Of a DNA stretch of 64,000 bases, positions 58,632 through 64,000 are shown in pieces. Each line of letters begins with the position of its first letter. Positions within the stretch are counted from its first letter, which is position 1. Under the pieces are notes generated by a model, which saw only the letters and a list, made by a program, of their open reading frames with translations, made no database searches and was not told where the DNA came from. Origin of the DNA: Gammaproteobacteria bacterium (GTDB taxonomy: Bacteria; Pseudomonadota; Gammaproteobacteria; Eutrophobiales; Eutrophobiaceae); the NCBI GenBank assembly GCA_965116495.1, contig OZ220696.1:864001-928000 (forward strand), given 5' to 3'. The position numbers and the translations under genes are program-made.

Positions 58632-58877
58632 ATGAATACCGATACATTGACAACCGCGAAGGAATTGGGAGCGAAGGGCGTGGAACACACTGCCGCTGTG
58701 GCGATAGCCGCGGCAATTCATAATCATACAAAAACTCAATTTGAACATCTCGTCACCAAAACGGATCTGGCTTTAGCCATCCAAACGTTGGAAACCCAAC
58801 TTATTAACAAAATGTATAGCACCGCCGCAGTAGCGGTAGGCGTGCTGGTAGCGCTGGACCGTTTGCTTCCGGGTTGA
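58632..58877 (+). CDS. Small DUF1640/CCDC90-like protein
   Basis: AAGGAG RBS; DTL..AKEL.A.G....A.AIA...LVTKTDL...LE..L + C-terminal TM. Confidence 0.65.
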   Translation: MNTDTLTTAKELGAKGVEHTAAVAIAAAIHNHTKTQFEHLVTKTDLALAIQTLETQLINKMYSTAAVAVGVLVALDRLLPG

Positions 58878-58918
58878 GCGGGGCAGAGTCAGCCAATAAA
58901 CCGGCTGATTTAGCCCAA

Positions 58919-60241
58919 TTAATTGTCGACTTTCCCCAGTAATTCCAGGGCGCTGGTTGTCATAACCTCAACACCGGTCAGGATGGTCGGTTGCGGGTCC
59001 GGGGCAAAGAAAGGGGAGTGCAGGGAGGGCAGAACTTCACCTTTTTCCACGGCAGCAGCATATTTACCGGCCTCTACGCCGCCAATCCAGAGAAACAGGC
59101 TCGGTATTTTCGGTTCTACCCGGCCATACTGGGCGAAATCCTCCCCACCCATAACCGGCTCACCGGGTATGAGATCTTCATCGTCGAATACTGTCCTCAA
59201 TACCTTGACAATACGGTCTGACAAGTCCGGGTTGTTATACACGGAGGGAGTGGATTCATCCTTGATTTTTACTACTGGTAACTTGTCCGGAGGCAATCCC
59301 ATGGCCATGGCCTGGCCGATCGCAATTCTTTTTATGCCTTCAAGCAGCGTATTGCGGGCTTCATCGGTATAGGAACGCACAGTCAACTGTAATTCAACCC
59401 TGTCAGGGATGACATTGTGCTTCGTGCCCCCGTGTATCGAACCGACCGTGACCACACCGGCATCAATGGGTTTCAACTCGCGTGACACCAGGGTCTGCAA
59501 GGCATTGATAATCTGTGCAGACAACACGACAGGGTCCTTGGTGCGATGCGGGTAGGCGCCATGTCCGCCGATGCCGTAGACAGTAAGGTCAACGCTGTCA
59601 ACTGCAGCCATGACATAGCCTTTGGTGTAAATGACCTTGCCGGCAGGGACGGAGGCGCTGACGTGCAGTCCGAAGTTGTAGTCCGGGCGCGGAAATCGCT
59701 CGAACAGACCGTCTTTCAGCATGGCGCGGGCGCCTGCGCCGACTTCCTCAGCCGGCTGGGCAATCATCACCAGGGTGCCTCGCCACCTGTCGGTCATGGC
59801 CGTCAGGCGCCTTGCAGTACCGGTAAATACGGTCATGTTCACGTCATGGGCGCAAGCATGCATGACACTCACCGTGTCCCCATGATCATCGACCGCGGTC
59901 GCCTCGCTGGCATAGGGTTTGCCGGTTTTCTCAAAGACGGGCAGGGCGTCCATATCCGTCCTTAACAATACCGTAGGACCTTCATCATTCTTCAATACGC
60001 CGACGACACCGTAACCGCCGACTTTTTCGGTTACCGTAAAACCAAGGCTGCGGAGTTCGTCCGCCATCCGCTCACTGGTCTTTTCCTCATGGAAAGATAA
60101 TTCCGGATTCTGGTGTAAATGCAGGTACAGGGATTCGAGATAAGGGTAATCTTCCTGAATCGTCGTCTGCAAGGCGGTATCCGCCCGCACGCATAGCGTG
60201 AGTTGCGTCAGGAATAAAAAGAGCAGGGTGGATGATTTCAT
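58919..60241 (-). CDS. M20D amidohydrolase (secreted)
   Basis: LHQNPELS..E, LRTDMDALP, MHACAHD, QPAEE, GGHGA.PH, MGGEDF, LHSP.F; signal peptide. Confidence 0.93.
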   Translation of the reverse strand: MKSSTLLFLFLTQLTLCVRADTALQTTIQEDYPYLESLYLHLHQNPELSFHEEKTSERMADELRSLGFTVTEKVGGYGVVGVLKNDEGPTVLLRTDMDALPVFEKTGKPYASEATAVDDHGDTVSVMHACAHDVNMTVFTGTARRLTAMTDRWRGTLVMIAQPAEEVGAGARAMLKDGLFERFPRPDYNFGLHVSASVPAGKVIYTKGYVMAAVDSVDLTVYGIGGHGAYPHRTKDPVVLSAQIINALQTLVSRELKPIDAGVVTVGSIHGGTKHNVIPDRVELQLTVRSYTDEARNTLLEGIKRIAIGQAMAMGLPPDKLPVVKIKDESTPSVYNNPDLSDRIVKVLRTVFDDEDLIPGEPVMGGEDFAQYGRVEPKIPSLFLWIGGVEAGKYAAAVEKGEVLPSLHSPFFAPDPQPTILTGVEVMTTSALELLGKVDN

Positions 60242-60295
60242 TGGTCCCGACAGGAATAAAACCGGGTTATTTAAGAATACGAAGGTATCCTTTTC

Positions 60296-60526
60296 TCAGA
60301 TAAAACGCATTGCAGCCAGGATGATGCCGGTCAACGTGATCATCAGACCGCCCAGGGTAATAATCAGTTCGCGCTTTTGCAGCGACAAGCCGCGATTTAA
60401 CTCGGCAGTGGTGACCAATTCTGCGCCTTGTTCATTAAGAATATGTACCATTGCCTCTGCCTGGTCCTGGCTGAAACCGGCGGCTTCCAGCCGGCGTACA
60501 GCCTTGAGTGTATCTGTGATAATCAC
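60296..60526 (-). CDS. Small DUF1640/CCDC90-like protein
   Basis: GGAGG RBS; DTLKAVRRLEAAGFSQDQAEA...LVT.AEL + C-terminal TM. Confidence 0.75.
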   Translation of the reverse strand: MIITDTLKAVRRLEAAGFSQDQAEAMVHILNEQGAELVTTAELNRGLSLQKRELIITLGGLMITLTGIILAAMRFI

Positions 60527-60625
60527 CTGTTTACCTCCATGACGATCTCCATGGTTTCCATGTTAGAATTGAACAGTCGTCACTCTATCATCATGAGTTG
60601 ACCAAGTAAATATCGGAGGTAAAAC

Positions 60626-61024
60626 ATGGTCCTGGACTCCATCACTGATCCACAGGAATTACGCGATCATTTCGGTGAACCAGTGGAAAATCCTAAAGTT
60701 TCACTGATATTTTTCATACCCGGCATAACGGAGACATTACGCGTCCATGGTGCAGCGGAAATTGTGCTGGACAAGGAACTTCTCAAGTTCGGCAAGGCAG
60801 GAGCCAAATTACCCAAAACGGCCACGCTCATAAGAGTCAGCAAGGCATACATGCACTGTGGCAAAGCTTTGATCCGTTCAAAACTCTGGGATTCAGACCA
60901 GCACATCTCCAAGGGAGTGATACCACCGTTCGGTCAGATCATCAAAGAACAGGCAGGCGTACCGATGTCGCAGGAAGAGGTACAGGAAGTAGTGGACCAG
61001 GAATACCAGGACAACCTTTACTGA
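60626..61024 (+). pseudogene. Pyridoxamine 5'-phosphate oxidase-like (MSMEG_1061 type) gene with in-frame internal deletion
   Basis: IT...ELR.HFGEP jumps straight to ENPKVSLIFFIPG..ETLRV.G and Y.HC.KALIRS.LW; the intervening SPRG / PDRPGNNR region typical of the family is absent. Confidence 0.75.
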
Positions 61025-61203
61025 AACTGATTCGGCTCTTCATGTGAGACGCCGGAACCGCTACTTTTAATCAGGTATTTATTGCAAAACTGCGTGTTTC
61101 TGTTTAGGTATCTTTGTCATTCCTCCATATTATGCGCATAATATATATTATGTTAAATAGAATATTGATCAGGGGTTAAAACCGGTAATTCACTGGATGT
61201 TTC

Positions 61204-62370
61204 TTATACTGCTCTCTTCTGCTTTAAATACAGCAGGCTCAGGACCGTAATCATGCTCAACAGGATCAGGACGATCCCGAGAATGCTCACGGCAGAGAAA
61301 TCACTACCCCGGATCATTGATCCGACCACCCCCGGACCCAGACCCAGGCCGGCAGTCTGAACCGCCCCCATCATGACAACCACACGGCCCTTTGGATCCA
61401 GCTCCGCCATGATTCCGGAGAAATAAGGTTGTGTCAGGTTCCAGGCAAACAGGTACAGCATGGTCGCCATGCCGAAACGCAGTCCATCGATATCTCCTGA
61501 CAGTATCACCAGGCCGCAAATCGACATCACGGCACTGATGATGATCGGCAAGGCGCGACCGTAACGGATGCTGATTGACGCCGCTATAAGTGCACCAACT
61601 ACCCCGCCGATGTTGGATAAGGCAAGACTGGTGCCAATGGTTTGTCCTGGAAGTCCGGCGTCTGACCCAATGCGTTCCATGAATGCCCAGGCTTCCCCCT
61701 GTGCCATGAAATAAAGGAAGACGGTAGCCAGCCCCAGACCTACCAGTACATAAGGCAAGGGCTTTTCTTCACTTGTCAAGCTGCTATGCTCCTCACCGTG
61801 GGAGATAGGCAACCAATGTACAAACAGAAAGTTAATCACAACAAGCAGGCTTATAATTGCAAACACATAGGCCTTTCCGCCGGAGGCAAGGATCATGGGA
61901 ATGAAATACAGCAGGGTCGCCGCCAAAGTTAAAATCACCACTAGGTAAATCCCGAATTGCCGGTCAGGATTATGCGTCCCGCCAAAGATGGCAAAGGCCA
62001 CAGAGACTGCCATGCCCTCCCCTATACCGGCAATCAAGCGCGCGAGGATCATGGCTTGATAGGAATCTGCCTGGATTGATAACAGGCTGCCGGCCAATAA
62101 CACGGCTAATGCTGCAACTGCCAGCACACGCCAGTTTGATTTGTGGATGAGAAATGCCGTGATGCCCATGGCTGCTGCCATGGTAATGATATCCGCGGAC
62201 ATGACCAGACCGACCTGGCCCGGACTCAGCTGCAGGCTGTCAGATATTACTCCTACAATGCCGGGCAGTATGACAATGGTCAAGGCGCCAATGCTGCCGA
62301 GGTAATTTGCTGCCACTAATGAGCGGATGCTGTTCAGATCGGCAGCTTCTACCGTTGTTGATTTTAACAT
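61204..62370 (-). CDS. MFS transporter
   Basis: About 12 hydrophobic helices; ARLIAGIGEG, NPDR.FG, WAF.ERIG. Confidence 0.88.
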   Translation of the reverse strand: MLKSTTVEAADLNSIRSLVAANYLGSIGALTIVILPGIVGVISDSLQLSPGQVGLVMSADIITMAAAMGITAFLIHKSNWRVLAVAALAVLLAGSLLSIQADSYQAMILARLIAGIGEGMAVSVAFAIFGGTHNPDRQFGIYLVVILTLAATLLYFIPMILASGGKAYVFAIISLLVVINFLFVHWLPISHGEEHSSLTSEEKPLPYVLVGLGLATVFLYFMAQGEAWAFMERIGSDAGLPGQTIGTSLALSNIGGVVGALIAASISIRYGRALPIIISAVMSICGLVILSGDIDGLRFGMATMLYLFAWNLTQPYFSGIMAELDPKGRVVVMMGAVQTAGLGLGPGVVGSMIRGSDFSAVSILGIVLILLSMITVLSLLYLKQKRAV

Positions 62371-62406
62371 GGGGAATTAATACACCTGAACCAGGACGTC
62401 GTGTCA

Positions 62407-63663
62407 CTATTCCGCATTCTTCTCGAAAACAATATCTCCGTTCTGTATCACCAGGCTCGGTTTTACCAGTGCTTCCAGGCTTTCAAGGGGGTCAGAATCA
62501 AGCAGTATCACATCGCCCCACTTGCCAGCTTCAATACTACCGGCCACGGCATCCAGCCCCATCGTCTCTGCGCCGATCAAGGTGGCTCCCTGTATGATTT
62601 CCATATGTGTCAGGCCGCCCAGTGTGAAACCCTCAAGTTCTTGAAGATACACATCGTCCATGGTCGGCAGATCCTTTGCGTTTGAATCCGTGCCGACGGC
62701 AAACTTCACGCCCAGCTCATGCATTCTCCTGAACCGCTCAACCATACCTTCATAGGTATGGCCCAGGTATTTCGCCAGGTAGTCCGCATCATACGAGTAT
62801 TGACCGTCCAGTTCGCGCAGGTGGTAGCCGATGGTCGGGACCAGGTTGATTTTTTTCTCCACCATGTCCCGGTACACGTCATCACCACCGAACGGATAAA
62901 GGTGCTCCATACTGTCAACACCGGCGTCAACGGCTATGCGTCCGGAGGTATGATGCAGGTCCTGGGCGCCGCCCAGGTGTGCGGTGAGGCGTAAATTCCA
63001 GGAATGGGCTTCCTCTACCGCGGCGCTGAGTTCCTCCAGCGTATACGGCGTGGTCGTTTTGATCAGGTCTGCGCCCAGTTTCGCCGCTTCGCGCACGCGT
63101 TTGCGAAATTCCCACGGACCGTCCGCCTCCACCGCCCATATCGGTGGTATTAACGGTTGAAACTCCGTGGCATGCCCTCCCGTCGTGGTAATCAAGGGAC
63201 CGGATACGTATAACCTGGCGCCTCCTATAAGCCCGTCCCGCTGCGCCCGCTTAAGCGAATAGCCGACATGGTAGCGGGACGCCACGTCCCGTATCACCGT
63301 GACACCGATTTCCTGGTAGCGTTCCAGGAAACGCTCCGAACGCAGGGCGTTGACGACATCGTCTTCCAGGTCCCGGGCGCCGGCCAGTTTAAAGGTAATG
63401 TGCGCATGCAGGTCGTACAAACCTGGCAGGACCCATTTCCCTCCGGCATTGATTTCTTGTGCACCTTCCGGCAAAGCATCAGGTTTGCCCAGGTAAACTA
63501 TGTTGCCTTCATTGATGAGAATGCCGGGGTTGGGTCTCGGCCCGGCCCCGGTGCCGTCAATCAAAGTACCCCCCGTTATCCAGTATGGGGCTGCTGCCAC
63601 CGGATAGCAAAACAACAACAATGCCAGTTTCCCGGCTTTCAGAAAAAAAGATTGTAATGTCAT
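62407..63663 (-). CDS. Metal-dependent amidohydrolase (Xaa-Pro dipeptidase-like), secreted
   Basis: GGTLIDGTG, LPGLYDLHAH, TGGH, GADLIK, AH, EH, GTDS, GSIEAGK.GD; signal peptide. Confidence 0.9.
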   Translation of the reverse strand: MTLQSFFLKAGKLALLLFCYPVAAAPYWITGGTLIDGTGAGPRPNPGILINEGNIVYLGKPDALPEGAQEINAGGKWVLPGLYDLHAHITFKLAGARDLEDDVVNALRSERFLERYQEIGVTVIRDVASRYHVGYSLKRAQRDGLIGGARLYVSGPLITTTGGHATEFQPLIPPIWAVEADGPWEFRKRVREAAKLGADLIKTTTPYTLEELSAAVEEAHSWNLRLTAHLGGAQDLHHTSGRIAVDAGVDSMEHLYPFGGDDVYRDMVEKKINLVPTIGYHLRELDGQYSYDADYLAKYLGHTYEGMVERFRRMHELGVKFAVGTDSNAKDLPTMDDVYLQELEGFTLGGLTHMEIIQGATLIGAETMGLDAVAGSIEAGKWGDVILLDSDPLESLEALVKPSLVIQNGDIVFEKNAE

Positions 63664-63718
63664 GATCAGAACCTCGCGTTATCGCGTCATGGGGACGGAT
63701 TAAAATCCGTCCTCGGTA

Positions 63719-64000
63719 TCATTCGACCGGATATGAGCCGTATACCACATTACCGGCCAGTACCGTAGCCTCGACTTCAATATCCTTGATATCCTCGGCA
63801 GGCACGGTAAGGATATCGTCCGACAGCACCACAAAGTCCGCATACTTGCCCGGCTCGATGGAACCTTTTACGTCTTCCTCAAAACTGACGTAAGCTGAAT
63901 CGAGGGTGATGCCGCGGATGGCCTCTTCCCGGGTCAGTCCCTGGTCCGCACCCAGTACCCCGCCCCACCCCGTACCTCTGGTGACGGCGACGTAAATCTG
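63719..64000 (-). CDS. C-terminal part of an amidohydrolase_3 (YtcJ-like) protein, truncated by window edge
   Basis: AVTR...Q.LTREEAIR..T..SAY..FEE..KGSIEPGKYADFVVLS.DIL...TV..G.VVY. Confidence 0.88.
   Translation of the reverse strand, partial: QIYVAVTRGTGWGGVLGADQGLTREEAIRGITLDSAYVSFEEDVKGSIEPGKYADFVVLSDDILTVPAEDIKDIEVEATVLAGNVVYGSYPVE

Overview
Gammaproteobacterial chromosomal segment. The first 15 kb is the conserved rne-sppA-maf-yceD-rpmF-plsX-fabHDG-acpP-fabF-pabC-mltG-tmk-holB-tatD core block, with palindromic and MITE-like repeats in several intergenic gaps. The rest is accessory DNA. (i) A few catabolic genes. (ii) A ~16 kb defence-like island bracketed by a 333-bp direct repeat of a vapBC-type operon start. 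It holds an EndoQ-family nuclease, a Rieske oxygenase, an AAA-DUF4143 ATPase, a Fic protein and a type III R-M operon with an internal DUF433/DUF5615 TA pair and a translationally coupled RelE-like/UvrD helicase. (iii) A surface-protein locus: a poly-G-frameshifted secreted protein, an RTX/Calx-beta M10 protease, a TolC + PAS-fused adaptor + MacB-like ABC system, a small Calx-beta protein and a 3.2-kaa Calx-beta autotransporter-like protein. The two large proteins share an unnamed Trp-rich helical module. (iv) Amidohydrolases and an MFS transporter. Many accessory genes are collapsed by internal deletions. The Calx-beta, TA and R-M richness suggests a host-associated (e.g. sponge-symbiont-like) lifestyle, which is inference only. 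No tRNA, rRNA, CRISPR array, integrase or transposase was recognised. All family calls come from motif recognition by eye, not database searches.
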